Shown: piece by piece, positions 9,382 to 18,547 of the stretch
How positions within the stretch are numbered: the stretch's first letter is position 1
How the letters are laid out: the number at the start of each line of letters is the position of its first letter
DNA from: Bacillota bacterium
Lineage (GTDB): Bacteria > Bacillota > Clostridia > Clostridiales > Clostridiaceae
Direction: 5' to 3'
DNA: 35,178 nt
Assembly: GCA_023427705.1 (NCBI GenBank)
Contig: JAEZAL010000128.1
Span: 1-35,178 of the forward strand
The notes under the pieces: model-generated
Told to the model about the DNA's origin: nothing
Databases searched by the model: none
What the model saw: the letters and a program-made list of their open reading frames with translations, nothing else
Made by a program: the position numbers and the translations under genes

Positions 9382-10329
9382 TTGAAAAGAATCTTTGAAT
9401 TAACAACAAAGGATATTGAGACAATTAATAAAGATGAATTAAAAGAAATAATTAAGGGATCAGAAGGTAGGACTGTAATGTCTGAATGTATCATTAGTTA
9501 TACTCCATATATTAGAGAAGTATCAAATTTAGAGCTTGCTTCAAGTTTTGGTGCAGATATGTTAACTTTAAATACTTTTGATTTTGAAAAACCATTTATA
9601 TTTGGTATAGATGGAGGAAATATTTTACTAAATGATTTAGGGAAAATAGCAGAGATATACGAAGATAGCGTAAAAAGAAATTTAAATGATAAAAATTATA
9701 TTAAAAATATTAAAAAATTAGTTGGTAGATTAATAGGAGTAAATTTAGAACCAGTACCAGAAGGAAGTACTTATCAAAAAGGTTTTACATTAAACGAATA
9801 TAGTCTTAAAAAAGTTAAAGAGTATGGATTTGATTATATTGTAATAACAGGAAATCCAAATACAGGAGTTAATGCTGAAACAATATGCAATGGAATAAAA
9901 CTAGCTAAGGAAATATTAGGAGAAGATACATTAATTATAGCTGGTAAAATGCATGGTGCAGGTAGTGGAAATATATATGATGAAGAAACTATAAAAGGAT
10001 TTATAGATGCTGGTGCAGATGTAGTATTAATTCCAGCGCCAGGTACAGTGCCAGGATTTGATTTAACTCTAGCAAAAGATATTATTTCTATGATACATAA
10101 TAATGGTGCATTAGCAATGACAACAATAGGTACATCTCAAGAAGGTTCAAGTAAATCAGTTATAGAACAAATTGCTTTAAATTCTAAGATGGCAGGAGCA
10201 GATATTCAACATATAGGAGATTGTGGAACTTTTGGTATGGCTTTACCAGAAAATATTATGGCATTATCTACTACAATTAGAGGAATAAGACATACATATA
10301 GAAGAATGGCTCAATCTATATTAAGATAA
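9382..10329 (+). CDS. Uncharacterised TIM-barrel-type protein (often labelled PEP phosphonomutase-like)
   Basis: SEGRT, GADM, GVNLEPV, TGNPNTGV, AGKMHGAG, PAPGTVPG, IGTSQEG and IRGIRHTYRRMA motifs. AAAGGAGTGA supports TTG 9382. Confidence 0.7.
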   Translation: MKRIFELTTKDIETINKDELKEIIKGSEGRTVMSECIISYTPYIREVSNLELASSFGADMLTLNTFDFEKPFIFGIDGGNILLNDLGKIAEIYEDSVKRNLNDKNYIKNIKKLVGRLIGVNLEPVPEGSTYQKGFTLNEYSLKKVKEYGFDYIVITGNPNTGVNAETICNGIKLAKEILGEDTLIIAGKMHGAGSGNIYDEETIKGFIDAGADVVLIPAPGTVPGFDLTLAKDIISMIHNNGALAMTTIGTSQEGSSKSVIEQIALNSKMAGADIQHIGDCGTFGMALPENIMALSTTIRGIRHTYRRMAQSILR

Positions 10330-10345
10330 TTATTAAAATGATAAT

Positions 10346-10383
10346 AAATACTCTCAAAATGATAATGATTTTTGGGAGTATTT
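10346..10383 (+). terminator. Inverted repeat: terminator or regulator site
   Basis: AAATACTCTCAAAA...TTTTGGGAGTATTT after the stop, just upstream of the sigma-54 motif. Confidence 0.55.
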
Positions 10384-10406
10384 CAATATTTATAATTACT
10401 TTTTAT

Positions 10407-10422
10407 TGGCATGAAGGTTGCT
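10407..10422 (+). promoter_or_regulatory. Sigma-54 (SigL) -24/-12 promoter
   Basis: TGGCATGAAGGTTGCT matches TGGCAC-N5-TTGCW with exact GG-N10-GC spacing. Confidence 0.8.
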
Positions 10423-10464
10423 TGCTTATAAGTATAAATAAATTTTGAAAGAGAAGTGAATGGA

Positions 10465-11841
10465 ATGTCTTTGCTAATAAAAAATGGAACAATTGTTACA
10501 GCTAGCGATACATATATCGGTGATATTTATATTGAAGATGGAATTATTAAAGAAATTGGCACGAATTTAAATATATCTAGTGATGAAATCATTGATGCTA
10601 AAGGTAAATATGTTATTCCTGGTGGTGTAGATGTTCATACGCATTTAAATCTTGATGTAGGTATAGCTATAGCTAATGATGATTTTTATACTGGAACAAT
10701 AGCAGCTGCTTGTGGTGGAACAACAACGATTATTGATCATATGGGTTTTGGACCAAAGGGTTGTAATTTAAAACACCAAGTGGATGTATATCATGGGTAT
10801 GCAGATGGTAATGCTGTTGTTGATTATGGTTTTCATGGAGTTATTCAACATATAAATGATGAAATTTTAGATGAAATGGAAAGTATAGTTAAAGAAGAAG
10901 GTATACCAAGTTTTAAAGTGTATCTAACATACGATTATATGTTGGAAGATGAGTATGTTTTAAAGGTTCTAAAGAGATTAAAAGAACTTGGGGGAATAAC
11001 CACAGTTCATTGTGAAAATCATGGTAGTATAAAAGTGCTAAAAGAACATTTTGTGAAAATTGGGTGTACAAGTCCTAAATATCATCCTTTAAGTAGACCT
11101 TCAGAAGCAGAAGGAGAAGCTATTAATAGAATGATTAATTTATCTAAAATTGTAGAGAATGCACCTTTATATGTAGTCCATCTATCTTCTAAAATAGGAT
11201 TAAGTTATATAAAAATGGCTACAGAGAGAGGGGAAAATGTTTATGCAGAAACATGTCCTCAATATTTAGTTTTAGATGATAGTAAATATGAAGAAGATAA
11301 TAATGAAGGATTAAAGTACATTATGAGTCCTCCTTTAAGAAAAAGGGAAGATATTGAAGCTTTATGGAAGGGAATAAATGATGGATATATAAAAACAATA
11401 GCAACTGACCATTGTCCATTTTCTTTTAGTACAGATAAGCAACTTGGAAAAAATGATTTCACTAAATGTCCTAATGGAGCACCTGGAATTGAAGAAAGAA
11501 TGCCTCTAATTTTCTCAGAAGGAGTAATGAAAAATAAGATAAGTATTAATAAATTTGTTGAAGTATGCTCAACAAACCCTTCAAAGATATTTGGTTTGTA
11601 TCCTAAAAAGGGAACAATACAAGTTGGATCTGATGGAGATATAGTAATAGTAGATCCTAATATAGAAAAAGTGTTAACAATTAAAGATTTACATTCTAAT
11701 GTAGACTATACAGCTTATGAAGGAATAAAAGTAAAAGGATATCCTGTATATACTATTTTAAGAGGTGAAATTATAGCTAAGGATAATAAGTTTATTGGGA
11801 AAAAAGGTTATGGACAGTTTTTAAAAAGAAAAATCAAATAA
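10465..11841 (+). CDS. hydA: Dihydropyrimidinase / D-hydantoinase
   Basis: PGGVDVHTH, GGTTT, SFKVY, VHCEN, ETCPQYL, SPPLR, ATDHCPF. Start may instead be GTG 10456. Confidence 0.92.
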   Translation: MSLLIKNGTIVTASDTYIGDIYIEDGIIKEIGTNLNISSDEIIDAKGKYVIPGGVDVHTHLNLDVGIAIANDDFYTGTIAAACGGTTTIIDHMGFGPKGCNLKHQVDVYHGYADGNAVVDYGFHGVIQHINDEILDEMESIVKEEGIPSFKVYLTYDYMLEDEYVLKVLKRLKELGGITTVHCENHGSIKVLKEHFVKIGCTSPKYHPLSRPSEAEGEAINRMINLSKIVENAPLYVVHLSSKIGLSYIKMATERGENVYAETCPQYLVLDDSKYEEDNNEGLKYIMSPPLRKREDIEALWKGINDGYIKTIATDHCPFSFSTDKQLGKNDFTKCPNGAPGIEERMPLIFSEGVMKNKISINKFVEVCSTNPSKIFGLYPKKGTIQVGSDGDIVIVDPNIEKVLTIKDLHSNVDYTAYEGIKVKGYPVYTILRGEIIAKDNKFIGKKGYGQFLKRKIK

Positions 11842-11878
11842 ATTCACTAATTAAATAAAAATATATTATAATATAAAT

Positions 11879-11909
11879 AAAATCTCTTCTTTTTAGAAGG
11901 GATTTTTTT
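11879..11909 (+). terminator. Rho-independent terminator
   Basis: AAAATCTCTTCT-TTTT-AGAAGGGATTTT plus T tract. Confidence 0.78.
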
Positions 11910-11945
11910 ATTCTTTAAGTATTTATATTATAAGGGGGCAATAAA

Positions 11946-12941
11946 ATGAATGATAGTTTTACAATAATTAATGATTTAAAGAAAAGAATATTGGTTATAG
12001 ATGGGGCAATGGGAACTAATATTCAAAGTTATATGTTAAAGGAAGAGGATTTTAGAGGAGAATTATTAAAAGAATTTCCTTTTAACCAAAAAGGAAATAA
12101 TGATTTATTAAGTTTAACTAAACCAGATATTATAAAAAATATACATAGAAGATTTATAGAAGCTGGTGCAGATATAATTGAAACAAACACATTCAATTCT
12201 AATAGAATTTCACAAAGTGACTTTAATCTTAAAGAATTAGTATATGAATTAAACTATACAAGTGCAAAAATTGCTAGAGAAGTATGTGATGAATTTACAT
12301 ATAAAGATGGTAAAAAAAGATATGTTGCTGGGTCAGTTGGACCAACAAATAAAATGGCTTCTAAATATCATAATGAAGAATTAGCAATAAGAAATATTAA
12401 TTTTGATGAGTTGAAAAAAGTTTATATAGAACAAATTAATGCATTAATAGATGGTGGGATAGATATAGTTTTAATTGAGACTATTATTGATTCATTGAAT
12501 GCAAGAGCAGCAATAATTGCTGCAAATGAAGTTTATGATGATAAAAATAAAGTTTTACCTATTATGATTTCAGCAACAATTAATGATAAATTTGGAAGAA
12601 TAATATCTGGCCAAGATATAATTTCTTTTGCAAATTCTATTAGAGATAATAATGTAATATCAATTGGACTAAATTGTTCTTTTGGTGCTAAAGAATTAAT
12701 ACCATTTATAAAAGAACTTTCAGAATCACAGGATTTATTTATTTCGGTTTATCCTAATGCAGGTTTACCAAATAAACTTGGATTTTATGATGATTCGCCT
12801 GAAAAAATGGCAGGTTATATAGAAAAAATGATAAAAGAAAGTTATATTAATATGGTTGGAGGTTGTTGTGGAACAACTTATGAACATATTAAAGAGATAT
12901 CTAAAATAGCTAAAAAATACAAACCAAGAATAATTAAATAA
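11946..12941 (+). CDS. Homocysteine S-methyltransferase domain protein (stand-alone MetH N-terminal module)
   Basis: DGAMGT, GNNDLLSLT, AGADIIETNTF, GLNCS, PNAGLPN and GGCCGT Zn ligands; ends after 331 aa. Confidence 0.88.
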   Translation: MNDSFTIINDLKKRILVIDGAMGTNIQSYMLKEEDFRGELLKEFPFNQKGNNDLLSLTKPDIIKNIHRRFIEAGADIIETNTFNSNRISQSDFNLKELVYELNYTSAKIAREVCDEFTYKDGKKRYVAGSVGPTNKMASKYHNEELAIRNINFDELKKVYIEQINALIDGGIDIVLIETIIDSLNARAAIIAANEVYDDKNKVLPIMISATINDKFGRIISGQDIISFANSIRDNNVISIGLNCSFGAKELIPFIKELSESQDLFISVYPNAGLPNKLGFYDDSPEKMAGYIEKMIKESYINMVGGCCGTTYEHIKEISKIAKKYKPRIIK

Positions 12942-13253
12942 AGTTATTAAGGTAATTTTATAGAGTGTATTTTTAAAATTGTTGTAATTATATTTAATAT
13001 CTATAAAATCAATAATAAATGAATTTAAAGAAATATATTTGTGCAAAAAATGTAATTATATCCAATAAAATACAAATATATTTTGCATATATTTTTATAA
13101 AAAACAGTAAAAGTACGTTAAGTGGTAAAATATTAAATAATTAGCTAATATTTAGTCATTATTCTAATATATTCAATATTCTATGAATTTGAATATATGA
13201 ATTTTTGGTGTATTATATAATTAAGTATAATATAGAAGAAAAGGAGATTGTGA

Positions 13254-14453
13254 ATGAAAACGTTAGTTATTAATTGTGGAAGTTCTTCTTTAAAATATCA
13301 ATTAATTGATATGAATACAGAAACTTCATTAGTGCAAGGATTAGTTGAAAGAATAGGGATAGATGGGTCAATCCTAACTCAAAAAGTTGAAGGAAAAGAA
13401 AAATATATTATTAAAGAGGATATGGAAAATCATAAGGCAGCAATAAAACATGTTTTAAATGCACTTGTAGATGACAAGCATGGAGTAATTAAATCCATGG
13501 ATGAAATAGGTGCAGTTGGACATAGAGTTGTTCACGGTGGAGAAAAATATTCTGATTCAGTAGTTATAGATGAAAATGTATTACAATCTATAAGAGATTG
13601 TATAGCATTAGCTCCATTACATAATCCACCTAACATAATAGGAATTGAAGCTTGTAGAGACCTTATGCCTAATACTCCAATGGTAGCTGTATTTGATACT
13701 GCATTCCATCAAACTATGCCTAAGCAAGCATATATTTGTCCATTACCATATGAATTATATGAAGAATTTGGAATAAGAAAATATGGTTTCCATGGAACTT
13801 CACATAAGTATGTTTCTCAAAAAGTTGCAGAAGTTATGGGTAAGGATATAAAAGATATAAAAATAATAACATGTCACTTAGGTAATGGATGTTCTCTTGC
13901 TGCAATAAAGGGAGGAGAATCTATAGATACTTCAATGGGATTTACACCACTTGCTGGAGTTATGATGGGGACAAGAGCAGGAAGTATAGACCCTTCAGTA
14001 ATTAGCTTCCTAGTTGAAGAACAAGGATATAGCATGAATGAAGTTGATGAAATATTAAATAAAAAATCTGGAGTTCTAGGAATATCTGGAATATCTTCAG
14101 ATTTTAGAGATGTGCTAGAAGAATCAGAAAAGGGTAATGAAAGAGCTAAGCTTGCTTTAGATATATTTAATTATAAAGTAAGAGGACAAATTGCTTCTTA
14201 TGCTGGCATAATGGGTGGAGTAGATGTAATAGTCTTTACTGCAGGCATAGGAGAAAATTCTTCGGTAACAAGAAGAGAATGTTTAAGAGGACTAGAATTC
14301 TTTGGATTTGAAATAGATGATGAGAAAAATTCAACAAGAGGTAAAATTCAGGAGATATCAACTGAAGATTCTAAGATAAAAGTATTTGTAATACCTACTA
14401 ATGAAGAACTTATGATTGCTAGAGATACAGTTAAACTAATTGATAATAAATAA
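13254..14453 (+). CDS. ackA: Acetate/propionate kinase
   Basis: [50 protein letters not shown]. Confidence 0.95.
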   Translation: MKTLVINCGSSSLKYQLIDMNTETSLVQGLVERIGIDGSILTQKVEGKEKYIIKEDMENHKAAIKHVLNALVDDKHGVIKSMDEIGAVGHRVVHGGEKYSDSVVIDENVLQSIRDCIALAPLHNPPNIIGIEACRDLMPNTPMVAVFDTAFHQTMPKQAYICPLPYELYEEFGIRKYGFHGTSHKYVSQKVAEVMGKDIKDIKIITCHLGNGCSLAAIKGGESIDTSMGFTPLAGVMMGTRAGSIDPSVISFLVEEQGYSMNEVDEILNKKSGVLGISGISSDFRDVLEESEKGNERAKLALDIFNYKVRGQIASYAGIMGGVDVIVFTAGIGENSSVTRRECLRGLEFFGFEIDDEKNSTRGKIQEISTEDSKIKVFVIPTNEELMIARDTVKLIDNK

Positions 14454-14463
14454 ATTTAATATA

Positions 14464-14500
14464 AAAAGGAAAGCAGATCAAATATGGTCTGCTTACTTTT
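14464..14500 (+). terminator. Rho-independent terminator
   Basis: AAGCAGATCA-AATA-TGGTCTGCTT followed by a short T tract. Confidence 0.75.
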
Positions 14501-14644
14501 ATTTATTATCTGTAGAAATTAAAGAAAATCTATTTAAAAGAAAAAAATATGTATGTGATTTTAAGTTAGATATTTATAGTAATAAGCTTGTAGATATAGT
14601 AATAATACAAAATATGAATGAAAACCTAGTAAACAATATAAATA

Positions 14645-14672
14645 AAAATTTAATTTTATAAAATTAAATTTT
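14645..14672. repeat. Perfect 28-bp AT-only palindrome
   Basis: AAAATTTAATTTTA|TAAAATTAAATTTT. Confidence 0.75.
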
Positions 14673-14813
14673 GCAAAACTTAAAATAATATTAAGTAAAT
14701 TAAAGATAATAAAAGATAATAGGTAGTATTTTAAAGAATTGAGGTTTGAGAATAATAAATACTCCTAATATAATTAAACTATAGAAATAGTAATATAAAA
14801 GGAGATTAAAATT

Positions 14814-15005
14814 ATGATAACAGTTTGTCCAGTTTGTTCAGGAATAGATATAGAGAAGTTAGAGTTAAAGTTCGGAAGTGACAATGTTGAAGTTGGTTGT
14901 ATAGGAGAATGTGGTGGAAGAGATGGACTTGTAATCGGATATGCAAACGGAAACTACATTGAAACAGAAACTGAAGAAGAATTTATACAAAAAATTGAAG
15001 AATAA
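14814..15005 (+). CDS. Small Cys-containing protein, DUF1450/YuzB-like
   Basis: VCPVC and GCIGECG motifs, ANG..I pattern; AAGGAG RBS. Confidence 0.72.
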   Translation: MITVCPVCSGIDIEKLELKFGSDNVEVGCIGECGGRDGLVIGYANGNYIETETEEEFIQKIEE

Positions 15006-15010
15006 TTGAC

Positions 15011-15040
15011 AAACCTTAGATTTAATGTCTAAGGTTTTTT
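15011..15040 (+). terminator. Rho-independent terminator
   Basis: AAACCTTAGA-7 nt-TCTAAGGTTT plus T tract. Confidence 0.8.
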
Positions 15041-15093
15041 CTTTGATTTTTCTTTAATTTATATGTATTATATACAAGGGAGGAATGATAAAA

Positions 15094-15972
15094 ATGAATA
15101 ATTTAAGTGACAGGATTAAAGGAATAATATTTATAATTTTATCAGCATTTGGTTTTGCAGTTATGTCAGCTTTTGTTAAGTTAGCTGGAGATATACCATC
15201 TTTTCAAAAGACGTTTTTTAGAAATTTAGTATCTTGTTTAATTGCTCTGATATTTATTATAAAAAATAGAGAAAGTTTTTTTGGGAAGAGGGAAAATCAA
15301 AAGTTATTAATATTAAGATCAACACTTGGAACCATAGGAATAGTTTTTAATTATTATGCTATAGATAAGTTAATACTTTCAGATGCTAATATGTTAAATA
15401 AATTAAGTCCATTTTTTGTAATTATATTTTCAGCTTTATTTATTGGAGAGAAAATTAATTCAAAGCAAATAATTTCAATTGTTATTGCGTTTATAGGAAC
15501 ATTATTTATTATAAAACCAACATTCAATTTAGATATTTTTCCGTTTATAATTGGAATTTTAGGAGCAATTTTTGCAGCAGGTGCCTATACTTGCCTAAGA
15601 GTATTAGGGAATAAAGAAAAACATTACACTGTTGTTTTTTATTTTTCATTATTTTCATTAATTGTAATATTCCCTATTATGTTGGCTGTATATAAACCAA
15701 TGACAATGTTACAATTATTCTATTTACTTATGGCAGGAGTATTTGCTAGTATTGGACAATTTGGAATTACATTAGCATATAAATATGCACCAGCTAAGGA
15801 AATTTCTATATTTGACTATTCAAATATTATTTTTTCAGCAATAATCAGCTTTATGATTTTCGGAGTTTTACCTGATAGTTTAAGCTTTATTGGATATGGA
15901 GTAATATTCTTCGCTTCTCTATATATGTTTATGTATAATAAGAAATTAGATAAGATAACTAAGAGTAAATAG
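15094..15972 (+). CDS. DMT/EamA family transporter
   Basis: About 10 hydrophobic segments in two repeats, LSPFF..IFS..FIGEK and AY.YAPA motifs. GGGAGG spacing favours ATG 15094. Confidence 0.88.
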   Translation: MNNLSDRIKGIIFIILSAFGFAVMSAFVKLAGDIPSFQKTFFRNLVSCLIALIFIIKNRESFFGKRENQKLLILRSTLGTIGIVFNYYAIDKLILSDANMLNKLSPFFVIIFSALFIGEKINSKQIISIVIAFIGTLFIIKPTFNLDIFPFIIGILGAIFAAGAYTCLRVLGNKEKHYTVVFYFSLFSLIVIFPIMLAVYKPMTMLQLFYLLMAGVFASIGQFGITLAYKYAPAKEISIFDYSNIIFSAIISFMIFGVLPDSLSFIGYGVIFFASLYMFMYNKKLDKITKSK

Positions 15973-15974
15973 TA

Positions 15975-16005
15975 AAATGGGAGCTGTTTTAAACAGCTCC
16001 CATTT
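15975..16005. terminator. Bidirectional terminator
   Basis: Perfect 15-bp AAATGGGAGCTGTTT-T-AAACAGCTCCCATTT. Confidence 0.85.
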
Positions 16006-16055
16006 ATAAATATAGAATTTCACATTATTAATTTTACTCGTTAACTATTACTTTC

Positions 16056-16493
16056 TTAATTAAGTAATTCTTTTACCATAGGGTTTATTTTAGATCTATC
16101 AAATTTTCCATTTACTTTTGGCATTATTTCTTTCATTATTTTTCCCATATCAGAAGGACCATAATTTCCATTAGATATTATTTCCTTAAGCATTTCTTTA
16201 ACTTCTTCGTCGCTTAATTGTGCTGGTAAATAAGGTGTAAGCAAGTTAATAGCAAAATTACCTTCTTGAATTTTTTCTTCGTCATTAAGTTGAATAGCAT
16301 ATTGAAGGGCTTCTTTTAATTGCTTAATTTGTTTTTCAATTATTTTAATAACAACTTCATCAGTAACATCTTTTCTTTCATTAACCTCATATGCTTTAAT
16401 TTCAGAGTTAACTAGTCTTAATACATTAACTGTTTGCTTATCTCTAGCTTTCATAGCAGCTATTTCATTTTTTTTAAGTTCTTCTTTTAACAT
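16056..16493 (-). CDS. GatB/YqeY domain protein
   Basis: AMKARD, LRL..SEIK, YLPAQLS, DMGKIMK. Confidence 0.9.
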   Translation of the reverse strand: MLKEELKKNEIAAMKARDKQTVNVLRLVNSEIKAYEVNERKDVTDEVVIKIIEKQIKQLKEALQYAIQLNDEEKIQEGNFAINLLTPYLPAQLSDEEVKEMLKEIISNGNYGPSDMGKIMKEIMPKVNGKFDRSKINPMVKELLN

Positions 16494-16591
16494 AAGTTCA
16501 CCTCTATATAAAAATTTTAATAATTATTTATTATATTACAACTTAGATTATAACTTTAATAAATTATTATTTCAACAATGGAAGTCCTTTA

Positions 16592-17452
16592 CTATTTTAT
16601 TATTACTTTTTTTCCAATAGGAATTGCCTTTGAATTAGGATTATGCCCTAATTCAGAAGTTTTAATAATTGAGAAATCATATTCTTTTAAATTTTCTAAA
16701 AAATAATTTGTTATTTCTAAATCAGTATAAGTTTTTTCCAATTCCGTAAAAGTTCCAAGGATAAGACCTTTAATATTTGAAAAAGCACCAATTTGCTTAT
16801 ATTGAGCTATAAATGTTGAAATTTTATTTATATCACCACTAAGAGCTTCTAAAAATAAAATTTTATCTTCAAAAGAAGGCATATAGTTGGTGCCAGCAAG
16901 TTTTAAAAAACAACGGATATTACCACCTATTATAACACCTTCCATATAATTACCTTTAATAAAATTGTAATTAAGAGAAGCTATCATATCCTCTTCTTTT
17001 AAAAATAAATTAATAAAATATTCTTTTTGCATATTAGAACTTTCTCTAATTAAGTTTCTTAATTGATAATTAAAATTTATAAGATTTGTTTTAGTATATA
17101 AAGCATTAAGTAAAACAGATAAATCACTATATCCAATAAAAGGTTTATTTGAATTCAATATGTATTCATAATCTAAATAGTCAAGAATTTCGTTGCATAA
17201 ATCTCCACCTGATAAATCAAAAATTGCTTTAATATTATTATCTCTATAAAACTTCATAAGCTCTTTAGCTCTATATTCTGAGTTTAAAGTAGAGCCATCT
17301 AAATTTCTATATAGAGCAGTAGAAACCGAAACATTAATATTAAGGGAAGTTAATAATGTTACTAACTCATCTATTTTGTTTTTTAAGTTTTCATTTAATC
17401 CATTTGAACAAGAAATTAATCCAATTGTATCATTAATTTTTAAGATACTCAT
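16592..17452 (-). CDS. S66 family LD-carboxypeptidase / MccF-like peptidase
   Basis: GYSD (Ser), ILFLE (Glu), LGH (His) triad and GGN. GGAGG supports ATG 17452. Confidence 0.88.
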   Translation of the reverse strand: MSILKINDTIGLISCSNGLNENLKNKIDELVTLLTSLNINVSVSTALYRNLDGSTLNSEYRAKELMKFYRDNNIKAIFDLSGGDLCNEILDYLDYEYILNSNKPFIGYSDLSVLLNALYTKTNLINFNYQLRNLIRESSNMQKEYFINLFLKEEDMIASLNYNFIKGNYMEGVIIGGNIRCFLKLAGTNYMPSFEDKILFLEALSGDINKISTFIAQYKQIGAFSNIKGLILGTFTELEKTYTDLEITNYFLENLKEYDFSIIKTSELGHNPNSKAIPIGKKVIIK

Positions 17453-17586
17453 ATTTACCTCCATAAAATATTATTTATTATAAGTATAAAGAATAATAAA
17501 ATAAAATCAAATAAAGAATTATACAATAGAATATTAAATTATTATTTAGAATAATCTATAAAGTACTAGTTTATAATGGAGGATTT

Positions 17587-17994
17587 ATGAAATATAGACT
17601 TTATGTAAGTGGATTTTGTAATGAAACAAGAAAGCCAGAAAGTTGTGTTGGGATTGGAGGAGTAATTCTAAATGATTTTGGGTACGAAAGGATTTTCTCT
17701 AAATATGTTGGAAAGGGGACTATGATAGAAGCCAATATACAAGGAATATTATATGGAATTAATCATATAATTAATGAAGAAAACTTAAGTGATTTAACTG
17801 TATATAGTACAAATATAATGTTAATCAATTATTTAAATAAAAATAGCGTAGAAATACCAAAAAAAGTAGTAGAATTAACAAATAACTTAATAAAGTTAGT
17901 AGAAAATTTGAAATTTAAAGTAAATTATGAGTATTTTGAAGTAAATGAGTATAATTACGTAAGAAATTTAGCTAAAGAGGCTCTAAAGATATAA
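17587..17994 (+). CDS. RNase HI-like protein with degenerate active site
   Basis: LYVSG...GIGGVI...YVGKGT..EAN..GI..GI...LTVYSTN.....YLN...N.VRNLAKEAL follows the Firmicute RNase HI pattern; GGAGG RBS. Confidence 0.65.
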   Translation: MKYRLYVSGFCNETRKPESCVGIGGVILNDFGYERIFSKYVGKGTMIEANIQGILYGINHIINEENLSDLTVYSTNIMLINYLNKNSVEIPKKVVELTNNLIKLVENLKFKVNYEYFEVNEYNYVRNLAKEALKI

Positions 17995-18001
17995 GAAAAA
18001 T

Positions 18002-18055
18002 TTGTTAATTACAAATCAAAGGAGTATAATAAATGTATAATAATAAATATTATAA
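18002..18055 (+). promoter_or_regulatory. Putative sigma-A promoter with downstream PerR-box-like site
   Basis: TTGTTA-17 nt-TATAAT; TAATAAATATTATAA (18041-18055) matches 12 of 14 positions of TTATAATnATTATAA. AT-rich background weakens the match. Confidence 0.45.
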
Positions 18056-18072
18056 TATAAGGAGTGATTTAA

Positions 18073-18453
18073 ATGGTAGTTAAACTACAAGTGTACAAGT
18101 GTGAAGTTTGCGGAAATATGGTAGAGGTTTTAAGCGCTGGTGGAGGCACTTTAACTTGCTGTGGTAAGCCAATGACACTATTAAATGAAAATACTGTTGA
18201 TGCAGCTGTTGAAAAACATATTCCTGTATATGAAGGAAAAGATGGAGAAGTTTTAGTGAAGGTTGGAGAAGTAGAACATCCAATGCTAGCTGAACACTTT
18301 ATTCAATGGGTGGAAGTAATCACAAAAGATGGACAAGTTTTAAGACAAGACTTAAATCCAGGTGAAAAGCCAGTAGCTAAATTTAAGGTTAATGGAGATG
18401 TAGATAGAGTTAGAGAATATTGTAATCTACATGGTTTATGGAGTACAAAATAA
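18073..18453 (+). CDS. dfx: Desulfoferrodoxin (2Fe superoxide reductase)
   Basis: YKCEVCGN...CCG centre I; EKH, HPM..EH.I.W and YCNLHGLW centre II. Confidence 0.95.
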   Translation: MVVKLQVYKCEVCGNMVEVLSAGGGTLTCCGKPMTLLNENTVDAAVEKHIPVYEGKDGEVLVKVGEVEHPMLAEHFIQWVEVITKDGQVLRQDLNPGEKPVAKFKVNGDVDRVREYCNLHGLWSTK

Positions 18454-18464
18454 TATTAATATTT

Positions 18465-18490
18465 AGGCTATCTTTTAAAGATAGCCTTTT
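18465..18490 (+). terminator. Rho-independent terminator
   Basis: AGGCTATCTTT-T-AAAGATAGCCT plus T tract. Confidence 0.82.
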
Positions 18491-18547
18491 ATAATGCTTA
18501 AAGATATACTATTATATAGTTAGTAATATACTTGGAGGTTAATACAG

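Noticed and set aside
10356..10375. Fur-box-like TGATAATGATTTTTG upstream of hydA
   Set aside because: Only one good half-site, it lies within a hairpin loop, and there is no obvious iron link.
12765..13046. 93-aa minus-strand ORF
   Set aside because: Overlaps the methyltransferase antisense and has AT-driven low-complexity composition.
12942..13253. Frameshifted continuation of metH
   Set aside because: I found no pterin-domain-like residues after the stop; the region looks like AT-rich intergenic DNA.
14440..14661. 73-aa ORF after ackA
   Set aside because: Runs through the ackA terminator, has no RBS and starts at TTG inside ackA.
14761..14780. dif-like ACTCCTAATATAATTAAACT
   Set aside because: Lacks the TTATGT XerD arm and the 28-bp spacing.
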